A stretch of 63,242 nucleotides of DNA, the filler included, from Nemertoderma westbladi (taxonomy: Eukaryota > Animalia > Xenacoelomorpha), in the NCBI GenBank assembly GCA_032718475.1. It is 4 parts of 4 records of this genome, joined end to end, with 100 filler letters (N's around TTAATTAATTAA, not from the genome) between each part and the next. Parts side by side here need not be neighbours in the genome. Positions count along the whole stretch, not along the records: positions 1 to 17,446 come from JAUCBJ010003735.1; 3 more parts are not named here. One strand, given 5' to 3'. The translations under genes were made by a program, and so were the position numbers. This document shows, in pieces, positions 1-12,780 of the stretch. Below the pieces are notes generated by a model. The model did not search any database. It worked only from the letters and a program-made list of their open reading frames with translations, and was not told the origin of the DNA. The first letter of the stretch is position 1. Each line of letters opens with the position of its first letter.

Positions 1-1802
1 TCATTTCTTCTCTATTTGTACTTTAGAGGACATAATCCGCAACTTCGTGACGCAATAAGCTGGATCCTCTTGAAAACAGTGTCGCTACCATGACGACGGC
101 TAACAGCTGATATTGCCACGTCGAACCTTTCTTTGTTCTTTGTTCTCTCTTTGCTCGGTCGACCAATCAGAGCATTTTTTGACTCTGTGTTGGAGTTGGA
201 TACAGAAACTCAGTAATTCAGTGTTATGTTTTGCCCAGAGCCTAAGAACATCGGCTTTTGGCACCTCCGTGTTTCAGTCTTTAGCTTAACATTGGTAGGC
301 TTAATTATAGAACGTATATCTGTTAACAAACCAATTCAATGCAATTCAAACCTAATCTTACGAGTTACCGAGTTAACTCACTCACTTAATAATCATTTAT
401 ACCTTAACTTTACTGCTTTTGCTGTCGGTTATTCATTATATTTGTGGATGAAATATTATATCGGAATACTGATCAATAGTCAGACACCCCAATCTTCTTG
501 ATATACTAAAGGTTAGAGAGACCGGTTACATATAAACGATTGTGACCTATGTTAAGTGGTTTGAAGTGAATCTAATGCTATTTCATAGGCCCGACATAAA
601 TTGTATGTTGCTCTCTTTATACGTGACTAAATTTAGTGAAGGCCGGCAGATTAGTGTGCAGTATTGTGCAGCATTGTGTATGATTGTAACTGATAACAAA
701 GCATCTCCTAAAGAATGCGCCATATACGTGAATCTATAGCCATTTCGTTGTGTCTAGTTTAAGTCATAACTCTGTTTACATATTTAGAGCGCCACATCCT
801 AAAGGAACTGTTAATATTTCCCGAAAGTGAATAATATTTGTCAGAGATTATATATTACGATCAGTCGAATAATACAGTAGGCTTACACCATCAATCATTA
901 AGCTTCCGAATTCAGTCTCCCGGGTATATCCAGCGGGTGAATGATTGCGCATAGACTGGCTTCGGCTAATGTAGTGTATCAAATACTCGTCATAGGCTAA
1001 AGACTATCTATCATCTAAAAGACATCCTAATTTGGCAGGTTAAACTGTCAAAGGTCTTAAAAGCGCAAACAGGTGATACCATTCACACCGCCAAGTCTCA
1101 GCACAGCCTCCATGTCATTCAAAATCTAAAAATCAAAATCGAAAAAAAACAAAATCTAAAATCGGGTCTTCCAGTCGCCTTCTTGATTTCCTCATGGTCC
1201 CCTGGCAGCAAAATGCCACCCTTCATCTTGTCGTCACCTGGTGGTAGAATGAAAAGAAATCGAAAGAATAGATAGAACAGAATGGATAATACTAATCCTA
1301 TCCCTTTCCACCCTGTCTTCTTATTTGACCTCCCCCTTTTCGGTATGCCTCTCAACTGGACCGGCGTCTCCTCCGGACACTTCACCGGACATCTCGCCAT
1401 CCACTCTTCTCCATCCTCATACCGATAGTTGCCGGGAACATCCTTGTTCCATCCCATCGTCTCCAAGTCTTCCGCGTCGAATCCATTCTCCTCCGCCCAC
1501 TCTCTTGCTGTTGCTCCCCCTCCTAATTCATCTACCGACAGTATTTTTCTGGAACTATCCTCTATCCTTTCAACACGCTCCACTATGCGTGGTTCCAGAC
1601 CCATACCCAACTCCTGGTATCCTTCCCCGGGCCGCTTCTCACATGGGACCTCCCCATCGCCCGTCTCTGGTTTCTCCTTTATGTCCTCAACGATGCCTGA
1701 TAGCATGCACCCTGATGTCTCCGACACCCTGAATGGAGTCTTGGTTTTAATTGGGCCGCTAAGCGTCCATCCGAACGGTGTGAGAATCACCATCGGATTC
1801 CG

Positions 1803-3485
1803 CTATTTATTCTCTCCGAATATGGTCCATACTCTCTCGTGGGCCGTCGGACAATCCATTCCGACTATGATGGATACCTTCGAGACGTCCATTTTCGGTA
1901 TTGAGAAATCGATATCGTCCAGGAACCGGTATTGCTCAACCTCGATCTTAGTTGGTCGCCTGGCGTTTTTTATATTAATCGATTCTATTATCTGTATTGG
2001 GTTGATGGTCGCCCCATAATCACATCCCGTTGCTATTACTGATATCTCGCACCATCCCGTTCTCATCTCCAGGACCTCATCCTTGCTCGAGATAGTAGCT
2101 ACTGCCATCCTACTCGGCCTCGTCTGTAACCGTATCTCCTCAGCCACCCAATTCTCCACCATCGTGAAGGCTGCTCCACTGTCAACCAGCATCAATGTTG
2201 TGACTGATCGGCCACCCTTTCCTGTTATCCTCACTGGTACTACCCCGAGTAGTACTTTCCTCTTCCTCCTTGCTCCCGGCGTGCTCGTAGCCATAGCTTG
2301 CCCTCCAGTCTCATCGTCTCCTATCGGTATTTCTCTACACTCTCCGAATCTGTGTCCTTCTACCACGCATCGATGACATAGTCCGTTTGCATCTGCGTAG
2401 GCTACACGATCTTGTTTAGGCAACGCTTGTCAATGCTTACAACTCATGGTCTTATGGGTTCCATCCCTATGCAATTGACATTCATATCCTGGATTGTAGC
2501 GCTCCCTGTATCGCCCTTCGCGTATTGCACGTAGATTCATATGTACCAGTTTAGTGTTTTGGTTATTTGGACTTGGCCTACTGGGTATGTTGGGATTATA
2601 TTTGTTCATATTGTTATTTTGTTTCTGTCCTTGCCACGGTGTGGCCCTACTCCCAGCTAACTGTGGACTTGTAGTCCCCTGCGTGGCCGCATGTGGTAGC
2701 GATTGTCTCACTCTTGGGAATGCATCTGCCGGATTATGTTCGGGTTTAGGCCTGTTGTATTCAGTCTTCGGGGCCTTCCCAAAACTATCCTCACTGTAGA
2801 CTGGGTCTGTAATCAACTCTGCTTCATAATTGAGGAAGTTCGACATTTCCTCTAGGCCCGGTTCCACACCTTTCTTCTCCCGTGTGGAGAAGGCGATCTT
2901 CCTCCATTTATTCCGTAGCCAGATCGGCAGTGCCTGCGCTATCGTGGTGATGTTATTCGATGCGTTGAGTTCGTATGGCGTGTCTAGCATCTTCAGCACG
3001 ATTAACGCCTTCTCGACCTTATTCGCGAAGGTCTTTATACTAACAGGGTTATCCTGTAGGCCACCCGATGTTATTCCCCTCAGGGTCTGCTGGATGATCT
3101 TGGCTGGGTGTCTGTATTCCCTGTCTAGGGCCCGCCATGCAGTCGTGAAGCCACCCTCGATGCCCTGATACTGCCTCACGATATCGTTCGCTGGGCCTCC
3201 TGTGTATACCTGTAAATATTTTAGGCACCTCGCCTGCGTCAGATTCTTAGTTAATATTTCGTTAGTGTACATGCGTCGGAATTGCAGGTATTCTTCCGGT
3301 CTGCTTCCGTCGAATTTAAATGGCTCAACTGGTGGTAGCTCGATCTTGGTCTTGAGCGCATCGATAAGTATTGCCATTCCCATCGCCTGTGCTTCCACTG
3401 GGTTCGACGGATGCTGTACAGTCTCTCCTGTTGGGTGCGGTTCGCACATCGGGCCTGTTGATTTTTTCTGTGTCGGATATATCAT
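1803..3485 (-). pseudogene. BEL/Pao gag core + zinc knuckles + aspartic protease, with in-frame stops
   Basis: Motifs as above. TGA at 2430-2432 and TAG at 1803-1805 interrupt a single frame. Confidence 0.85.
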
Positions 3486-4609
3486 TGGGGTTAACGGCCC
3501 CCTCCATATCTCTGTGTTGCACGATCTGTTCTGGTCCAGGGGGTTCGATGTTCTTATTCTCGGTTGAGTGTATTGCTGATATTATAATGGGGGAATGTCA
3601 CCCTGTCCCCACCCCCCCCACCGGTGTTATGTTTGGTACTGGGGTTGATGTTAATATATTGGGGCCCATGCATCTATCAGCAATACCCCCCCCCCTCCCC
3701 TGGGTATATGTTATGTCCCTGCATATTATAGTCATACTGGTGTGCAGGTACCGGTATAGGCCTATCCACTTCTTGCCTACCTACCGGTATGTATGCCGCG
3801 ACTTCCGGATCTAATCCCGTTGTTCGCGCTACCCTATCGCCTGGTCTATAGTATGTGCAGTAAGGCCTATAGTATGTCCTGCAGTCTGCCTGTGTCCTTC
3901 CGGACCGAAGTTTAATCTTCTCGAATATTCCAAGGAGCCCTCCCCACAACTACCGTACCTCGATCGGCAGCTATATCCCATCGGGAAGTTTCTCTCCGAT
4001 CCCCTCTCCTGTTCTCCTCCTCGTACCGGTACATTCTGTACCCTTCTCCTGGTGTGCGGTATCTCTCACCAGGCTGCGTCTCTCCAGGGCGACGACAATC
4101 TCCCGGAGTTTGACCCCACTGACTCTCTAACTCCATCTCTACTACCGACGGTTCACTGTCCATCCTTGCTCTCCTGTTGCTCGTAGCAACGCTTCTTCTA
4201 CTCTCTTCACTTTTTTCTCTCTTCAGTGTAGCGATCCGCTCATGAGATCACTCTTCGACCTCCCGGTTAAACTCCACTGTTCTTCTTCTCTCTTCCGACT
4301 GACGTCTTCTCGCTCACCCACTCCCGGCGTCAACATCTCTCTCTCTCTCCCCGGGTGGATGCTCCTGGGGATACTCACAATCCCCCTACTATTCTCTGTC
4401 GTCGGGTGCTGCGGTTCACCTAACTCGCCCCGCGCATTGTCCTCCGACGCTCGTGGGACATTTACTGCCCCCCCCCCCCCTCTCGCCACTAACCTCCCGT
4501 GGTGGGGCGCCCGTAGCCCCCCCCCCCCCACTTGCCACTTCTTACTTCACTACCTCCTACTTCGCTTGTACATCCCTCTCTAGTCGACGCACTGTCTCTA
4601 CTGCGGCTG

Positions 4610-5115
4610 GGTCTACTCACCCCCGCCTCTCCCTGTGCAACTGCGTGGCCTGGCAGGCTCCCGTCGGGTTGACTCACCCCCGCTACTCCCTGCCTAACTA
4701 CTTGGCCTTGCAGGCTCCCGTCGGGGTGACTCACCCCCGCTACTCCCCGCGTAACTATGTGGCCTTGCAGGCTCCCATTGGGGTGACTCACCTCCCCTAC
4801 TCCCTGCGTAACTACGTGGCCTTGCAGGCTCTCGCTGGTCGGACCACCTATGTCCCTTACGTTCGTATTAATAGCACCGTTATCAACAATATTATTATCT
4901 AAATTATTTAAATTATTTGAATTATTTTGTGTATTTAAATTAGAATTATTCAGATTATTTTGTATGTTTAAATTAGGATTATTCGAATTATTTTGTATAT
5001 TTAAATTATGATTATTTGGATTATTTTCTATATTTAAATTAAGATTATTTGGATTATTTTCTATATTTAAATTAGGATTATTTGGATTATTTTCTATATT
5101 TAAATTAGGATTATT
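4610..5115. repeat. Coding tandem repeats inside the gag extension: ~4x60 bp (GVAGVSHPDGSLQGHVVTRG-like) and ~7x30 bp AT-rich (NNPNNPNLNIE-like)
   Basis: Visible in the DNA and in ORF 4489-5787. Confidence 0.85.
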
Positions 5116-7738
5116 ACTATTACTGGGTAAAACATTATTTCCTGCAATAAAGGTTTGATTAGGGTTGTCTACTACGGTACTATTAATATTAATGCCTTCT
5201 AACGTATTATTATTACCCCCCCGGCCCGTATGGCTACACCAGTCCTGGGTCTGTCGTCCGGTGCCTGTAAGTGGGGTATTAACAAATGTCTCCATTACTT
5301 CTGGCTCCTCGTAAATGCTACCCGAGCCAGCCCCACTCTCAGATAATCCCAACTGCGCCAGTTCTAATCGGCGCTTTTGCTTAGCCTGATATTGCATAAG
5401 CTCCCTTAACCGGGCATGCATATCATCCCGCATACGCTTCCTCACTCTCTCTCTCTCTCTATCCTCTCGCAGACTTTGGTCGGCCAACTCTGCCTCCCTC
5501 GCCTCCTGCTCTCTATGCTCATTCTCTACTTTCGCCTCTCGCTCTCTACGCTCGTTCTCTACTTTCGCCTCCCGCTCCTTGCGCTCTCTAAAGTTTCTCG
5601 CGACCCTCTCAGCCCTCTCTTTATTCTCTCTTGCTAACTCTCTATCTTTCTCTAATAGTGCGGTTCCCTCGTCCAGCTGCCTCTCCAACTCTTTCTGGTC
5701 TAGCGCCACTATGTCTAGTTGACACGCCAGATCTATCTCTAACACCCTTCTTGCTTTTGTGGAGGATGTAGCGGACTTATCGGTCACGACGGACTCCTAT
5801 CACCTCTCTGTCCTACTAACTTTCCCCCGCTTTCTGGGGTTCTCACTAATCGACGAGACCGAATCCTCGGGGTTAACCTCGGGTTCGCCCTCATGTGGAT
5901 CCGCCCAACCCACTAACTTAATTCCCCTAGAATCCACTAAGTATGGCCCTACGTACACTACTTCAGGCTCCATAACCCCGGATCGCCACAGTTCAAACAG
6001 TTCGGTGGCGACCCCCCTCGCTCTCTCACTCGCCAGTTCTCCCTGTCCAAAACGGACTAAATATTGAAAATGTTTATTCGACTCACCTAGCCTTTGGTGT
6101 AACTTAGGCTGGTCTACCTTTCCTCCTTCAGTAGCTTCTTGGTGGCGTTGTAGGCCCGTCGTAGCCGATCACTCGTCCCAACATCCTCTTCGCCGACTCC
6201 TCCTCCTCTCCTAGTTCGGCGTCATACCGGCGGCCCCACTGGCCATACCGGTCGCCCTCGGCCTGTGGCTGGCCGGCGACTTCGGTACTCCAACCGCCGT
6301 CGTGCGTCGACTCGTCTCCCACTCGTGGTCGACGGCCGCCCTCCGCTTGGGTAGCCGGATCGTCTCTCGTCGGCGAATCCGGCGTTGCAGGATACCGTCT
6401 CGTCGTGGCCTCGCGGATCGTTTGGTTGGTATCGTCCGGGGTCTGCGGCGGCATTCTCTCTCCCTCAGATAATCGGGGCTCTCCTGCGCTCATCTTTTCT
6501 TTCTTGTTTCTGGCAGTCACAGTTGTAGCAGTTGGCAAATTATTCACTGTGACGGGATCAGAGATCCCGACTGGGTAATTGTACTACACGTCACCATTCT
6601 GCTTTGGGATGGTGCTAACAGCTTGGCCGAGGCCGTTGGAGAAAAACAATAAGAGTTTGGTGTTGTCTCTTGATGTTATAAAATGATAGCACAATTAATA
6701 CGGCAGAAATACAGATATAATAGATACCGGTACAATAGTGCCGTTGACGGCCGATGACGGTGAATAATTGTTACCGGTCTGCACTAAACTGAATAACCAA
6801 CTGATGTACCAATCCAAGAATCTGACATAATATATGATTGATACACTAAATATTGCTTCACCTCCTACTCTACCTTGGCCTCCTACCCAATGGATGCTTT
6901 CCTGCTCCCTATCACGTGCTTCCCTCCCCTCTATTGGCTAATATACTACTTGTCACCTTGGCACTCTCTGGGAGTGTTTCCCCTCTGCTGTTAGCCTCTA
7001 CTAGCTGTGTTCCCTCCGAGGTGGTTTGACCTCTAACCTTCCTTTGTGGCTTCGGGGCTTGTGTCGCCCCCCCCCCCCAATGTTGGTTATGATACGAGAT
7101 TGATATTGGTAACCTCGTATCCCCAACATATTGCTAAAATCCCACTATCCCATTTTCTGGTGGGTAATGAAGTGGAATTGAATCTGCTTACAATGAAATG
7201 TGCTTTGGGTTTCCTCAGTTGCCTACCGAGGTTCAAAAAAATGTAAACAGTTTGTAACAAAGTCCGAGAGATTGACTGGTCGAATGCTCCAATATAATAC
7301 CTCGCTCTACTTGTGATTCTTGAAATTGCTTTGTTATGTTCACATTAAGAATTGTTTATTTATAATAATCTTAGAAAGTGTTCTATTATATTAGTGCTGC
7401 CATGACTACCGAATACGGCTGCAATTACTGTATGTGAAGTGTGGCATGTTTGAGAACAACAAACAGATAAGCACATACATAATCACAAAAACACCGCCTG
7501 ATGGTGTAGCAAACATCTGCCAAGTAGCGACCTCGAAATAATTATAAGTAATGAAATGGGGAGAGATGTTCACTTTCAAACATTTCGCCTTCTAGCGCCA
7601 GACTGTGGAACTCCAGATCACTTGCATCTCTATAAAGGCGCATCCAATATTGTTCTATATATCTACAAAAGTATCATATCTTTGGGTGACAGGTTCTAGT
7701 CCAAAAACTTCAGCACAAAACCAGAATTGAGTAGATTC

Positions 7739-7927
7739 TGTTATGTTATATAAATGTATGGAAATCTATATAAACATTACGACATTATAATATTATTATT
7801 AGAACTTCATTACTGCATTATGTAGGTTAGCAACACATGCATACCGGCACCACGGTACTAATGCACTGTATACAGATATCAGACATATTGGTAGGCCTAG
7901 CCTAAACAACGATATAGATATATAACA
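7739..7927 (-). repeat. 3' LTR of the Gypsy element
   Basis: Direct repeat of 12123-12311 with 4 mismatches counted by eye. Polypurine tract AAGAAAGGGGAG on the minus strand at 7929-7940. Confidence 0.95.
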
Positions 7928-10900
7928 ACTCCCCTTTCTTTCAGTTTAATGTCTGGACTATAGTTAATTATCCTATAATTTCCTTTCCTTTCCTTTCCTT
8001 TCGAGTTTAAAATATAACTTTCTTCCTATTTAAAATGTTTCAATCACAATTAAACTTTTCCAGTTTAAAATATAACTTTCGTCCTATTCAAAATATTTCA
8101 ATCACAATAGTCTTGAAATCGAACTTTCTTAACATTATTAGCGAGTCTCTCTGACCGACGCAGCGATGAAGGTTTCATATCACTGCTTATTGGAAAGTGG
8201 ATAGAGGTCTTTTCCATCGATTCAGTTTCTTCCAATAAACGTTGTCGTAGAAATCGATGATTTCTCCAAAGTGTACGGCCTGAACGTAGCTTCACTCTGT
8301 AATCTCTATATTTCCCGACGGAAACGATTTTGCCACTTCGGTCCCACAATTTCGATTTAGGGTTTTGAATCCAAACTTCCATGTCAACCTTCAATGGTGT
8401 TAGATCGTGCGCTGTAGCATTACAATGTGATGCTACTTTATCTTCCAACTTTATTTGTTTGTCAACAAAATCGGCATGTTGTACCCACGTTTTCATAAAA
8501 TTCGAATGATGTATTGGCAACCGAGTTCGAATATTATGGCCAAAGATCATCTCATTTGGTGATGCACCCGATGATCTCGGCGTATTGCGGTATTCCATCA
8601 GTGTTTCTTGGAATTGTTCGTCATCGATATGTATGTTATCCATTTTCAGTAACATATTTTAACAGTTTTAACCGTTGCCTCTGTGAGTCCATTCGCCTGG
8701 GGGTAATGTGGGCTACTTAGTTCCCATTTTGCTCCCCACCATGTTAGAAATTTATTAAAACTTCGAGCCATAAACTGCAGCCCCCCATCGGATTTAAATA
8801 ATTTTGGAGCTCCTGTTAAGATGAAGAATTTTCTGACGACGAATTCCACTTGTGATGAATTTGGTACATGACTCCACTCGGCAAGGAGGGGATATCCAGA
8901 GAAACGATCAACATATACAATAAAGTGTCGTCCTGCGGCCTCAAACAGGTCAGCAGATACACTCTCGAATGGGTACTCAGGTTTGCGTTCGGTTTTTAAT
9001 GTCTCCTTTGGTAGACTTTCTCGTCAAGTTTGACATTCATCGCATCGATTAATCATATCCACGATATCCTGATTCATCCCTGGCCAAAACATAGCCAAGC
9101 GTGTGTATTGTTTTGTTCTAGTACACCCGAGATGAGAAGTATGTAAAATAGTTAATATATCCTGTTGTTTGGATGTGGGAATAACTATTCTAGAACCATA
9201 GAGTACCAAACCTCGTTCAATGGATAACATATCTCTCAATGAATAAAATTTCTTTACATATGGTGAATAATTGTTTCTGTGAAATCCATTTTGAATTTCG
9301 TTTATTAAAGATTGATAGTCATCATCTCTTTTACAAGAATCTCGAAGGTTCTCAAGTATAGGATCATTGATACAGTAATTTTCAGTTTCTTCCACATCGT
9401 TATCACATGTAGCTGTACCAGAAATAATAGAGATCTGAACTCTATTTAATGAGAAGTATTCTTTGGAGTTCTCTTCAGGGTCGTCGATCGGAGCTCTGCT
9501 CAGACAATCAGCAATGCGGTATTCAGAGCCTTTCCGCCATTCAACCGTAAAGCTATATGTAGACTGAAGATCTGATTTAATTTTTCGTAATTTCACATTT
9601 TCAACTTGAACTAATGTTTGTTTATTGAATATACTCGTCAGTGGCCTATGATCAGTCTTCTGAACAGACTTCTGTCTCAAAATAAATTTACTTTTATTCA
9701 GTGTAATGCGTGAGTTCGACATCGATCTAGCACTTCTCTAACTCGACAAATATTTTCTTCCAAGTTATTGCCTTCGATGATCACATCATCAACGATCTTT
9801 CTGGTACCTTGTAAACCTTCCAAAGCTGCATCTGCACGAAGGTTATAATGGTCCCCGGCGGATATAAAACCCATTGGTGCGCGTGTATATCGGTATCTGC
9901 CCCATGGCGTTATAAATGTGGTAAGATCTCTGCAGTCTTCATGCAGCACCACTTGCCAGTATCCTTTCTGGGCATCCAGGGTTGTAAAATACTTTGAAGT
10001 AGGACTAATTTCTGACACTAAATCAAAAGGTGATGGTGCGTTATGAACTACGCGCTTCACTTCCGAGTTCAACCTCGTCTAATCGACTGTCATGCGTATG
10101 CCTCCTGCTGGTTTGGGCACGATGACGTAGGGGTGACACCATTCTGTTGATCTGTCACCTATATGCTCAATTATTCCAGTTTTTTCCATATTTGCTAGCT
10201 CTTATTTCCCTTGTTCACGATATGCGTACGGAACAGGGCGAGCCGCATACGTAATAAACGGTGTAGCATTATCTTTCAACTCAATTATCATCTTCTCACT
10301 ATTCATAGGTTTCAATTCGTCCGATGATGCAAAAACATCTTTATATTCATTGATCAACTTTTGTTTCAACTTATCCATATCAGTGAGGTCGTCTCGAACA
10401 TTTGAAATTTTGCTAATAATAAAATTATTTGAGTTTATTGGTTCTGGAAAGTTTTGGTGCACGATATTGAGGTTTTTACATGCGTTAAATGAAAGATATA
10501 CCTCATTCTTTGGTACATCGGAGCAGAATATTACCCGCTCAGTACATTCATTTATACCTATTTTTAGTTTCATATCAAAAGATCCTAAACTTGATAGTTT
10601 ATTTCATTAACAGATTGAAGATTTTCCTTCATTATTGACAGTTTATTTGTCCTTATACCTTAAGATTTCCTTAAGATTTGGGCTCCAGCAACAGTAGCCT
10701 GTGCACCTGTATCAGCAACTGTTTTAATACAACCTAGGTGGCTATTTCCAGTTGTATAGAAATCAATTGAGATCGTTGGTTTCTCTAATTCATCTCGAAT
10801 TGGTGCAATGTTTAGTTTAATCACGCCAGTTTGTTTTACTGGACCTTTATGATTGTTGTATTTTGGTGTCCTACATTTCTTGGCAAGGTGACCAGTTTTA

Positions 10901-12110
10901 TGGCATTTATTACATGTCCTTCCACGAGCTTTGCATGGTTTTCCCTCCTCATGGGGCCATGGTTCACCACAACGAAAGCAGTCATTATTGCTCGAATTTT
11001 CTGATCCTGAATTATCTCGCTTCGGTGTTTTTGATCGCCATGCAGATCAGTTTCTATCTGATTTGTAACGAGTTTTAGAGCGAGCTCGACCTCGAGTGTT
11101 CGTATTTATTGTTTCACTACATTGCAATTTGAACCGCTTGTCGTCTTTTTGAGCCAGTTCGCGGTTTCTACAGAGAGTTACAGTTTCTTGTAGATTCAAT
11201 GTCGGTTTCTTAGCCAGCAATTCTTGCCGGACCTCATCATCCGTTATACCGCATGTGATGAAGGTTGTCAGCCAGTAATCTTCAGACATAGAAGCTAATC
11301 CAGCATCCTCAGCTAGCTCACGAAGACGGACGTAAAAATCGTTGAAACTTTCCTTATCGGATTGTTCACGTCGAACGAGTTTATAACGATCGACTGCGAT
11401 ATTCTGCTGATTTCGTAGATATAGTCGAATTTCCTCCAACACCTCGTCAATGTTGAGCGTTGTATCCTGCTGTATTCCCATCGCATGTTCTACGCGTCGC
11501 AGGAAGTTTGGGGAACAATACGACCAAAGAGTGGCGACCTGGTCGCTTCGAGATCGATCACCTAATTTCGTAACGTGGCAGTAGTTTATCCATGTTGTCT
11601 TCCATTTTTTAAACTCTCCGAATGTGATTTCGTCTTCAATTTGGTTCGGAGGTCTCACAGTCAGTTTTGTCCCCATCACATCAGTGCGGTTTCCGGTTGC
11701 AGTTGTGCGTCGTATTCCTTCCTCGTCCCGTCTCCTGGGATTGGAGTCTGGTGGGTGTTCTCCACTGCGTATCACATTGAGAAATTCACTCATTTGTTCC
11801 TGCTGGTGTTCGAATATTCGTTCCATAAAATTCATCATCCCCCGACTGTCGGGTTCGGTGATAGCGGTTTCATCGTATTCTCCACCGGTTTCCCCATATT
11901 CTTCCTCTGCGTCCTCCTCTGTAGGTGGATCGTTGGTAGGGTTCTTTCTAGCCGCTTTATTGTGGCTACGAATCTTCCGGCGCATTTCTTTAGTTGCCGT
12001 TCTTTCCTCGTATGTTAAACCGAGAATATCCAATATTTTTTTTAGTTTTACTCGATCGATGTCCTCGATGTCATCGTCGGAAAGCAGTAGTATTTCGGAA
12101 CGGGTTTCAA

Positions 12111-12122
12111 TGAACTGCGCCA
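12111..12122 (-). promoter_or_regulatory. Primer-binding site TGGCGCAGTTCA (complementary to a tRNA ending ...CUGCGCCA, likely tRNA-Ser)
   Basis: Directly abuts the 5' LTR. The tRNA identity is inferred from known tRNA-Ser 3' ends. Confidence 0.75.
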
Positions 12123-12311
12123 TGTTATGTTATATAAATGTATGGAAATCTATATAAACATTACGACATTATAATATTATTAATAGAACTTCATTACTGC
12201 ATTATGTAGGTTAACAACACATGCATATCGGCACCACAGTACTAATGCACTGTATACAGATATCAGACATATTGGTAGGCCTAGCCTAAACAACGATATA
12301 GATATATAACA
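12123..12311 (-). repeat. 5' LTR of the Gypsy element
   Basis: TGTTAT...ATAACA, followed on the minus strand by TGGCGCAG. Confidence 0.95.
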
Positions 12312-12780
12312 GATTCAACATTAATTTACCCTGATTAATCAATTAGCACAAGATAATTAGCACCACGGCGTGGTTCGTGTTATCAGCATTAGGCCTACAA
12401 CGAGATAGGAGTTAAGGCCATAGTTTTCCAATGAGCTAACATAAGCGAATTTTCATTGATATGGTTTGGGTGTTTTGTTTAGCCGATGTCAGACAGATGC
12501 GCAGATATTTGATTTTTATAGAGATTTATATTGAATTCCTTTCGGGGTACTTGTTATTACAATAATAATAATAAATGGATTTAATATATTTAATAGCTCT
12601 TCCAATTTTGTTCAAAGTGGCAAGTAATAATATAAAATACAATAAAATTGAATTGAATTGCAGTTAATACAGTATAATAACGGGTGTTAACAATGGCGTA
12701 ACAGTGACGGATAGTAATTTTATAGTATTTCTTCTTAATTTTGAATTCCCCTACAGTAAGCTATTCTGGGTTTGGAAACA

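Larger units (their letters stand above)
1119..7260 (-). mobile_element. Degenerate, 3'-truncated BEL/Pao LTR retrotransposon (long N-terminal gag extension, gag, protease; RT/RNaseH/IN not present). Both boundaries are approximate.
   Basis: ORFs 2430-3485, 1803-2423 and 1119-1793 share one frame and are separated by single stops. Gag core PFKFDGSRPEEYLQF...KYLQVYTGGPA...AWRALDREY is DUF1759-like. Cys/His knuckles CQLHRDGTHKTMSC and CHRCVVEGHRFGEC, then aspartic protease LVDSGA and TPFGWTLSGP. Upstream ORF pieces (3677-6547) are broken, partly at C homopolymers. Confidence 0.85.
7739..12311 (-). mobile_element. Ty3/Gypsy LTR retrotransposon (possibly Mag-like) with both ends, non-autonomous
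   Basis: Two 189-bp TG...CA LTRs and a 5-bp TSD GATTC (7734-7738, 12312-12316). Gag 11047-12123, knuckle CNKCHKTGHLAKKC (~10875-10915), protease VADTGAQ (~10700-10720), RT LDAQKGYWQV...APMGF...IVDD (9698-10072), integrase H-x-x-H...CxxC, SDGG, SPHYPQANGLTE. Order PR-RT-IN. Several stops and frameshifts. Confidence 0.95.

Noticed and set aside
40-175. Promoter-like cluster (TGACGCAA, X-box-like GTCGCTACCATGACGAC, CCAAT)
   Set aside because: Short motifs with no linked gene or TSS visible in the window.
1325-3814. Plus-strand ORFs overlapping BEL gag/pro (likewise antisense ORFs over the PLE and CRE)
   Set aside because: Antisense shadows of GC-rich coding sequence with no recognisable motifs.
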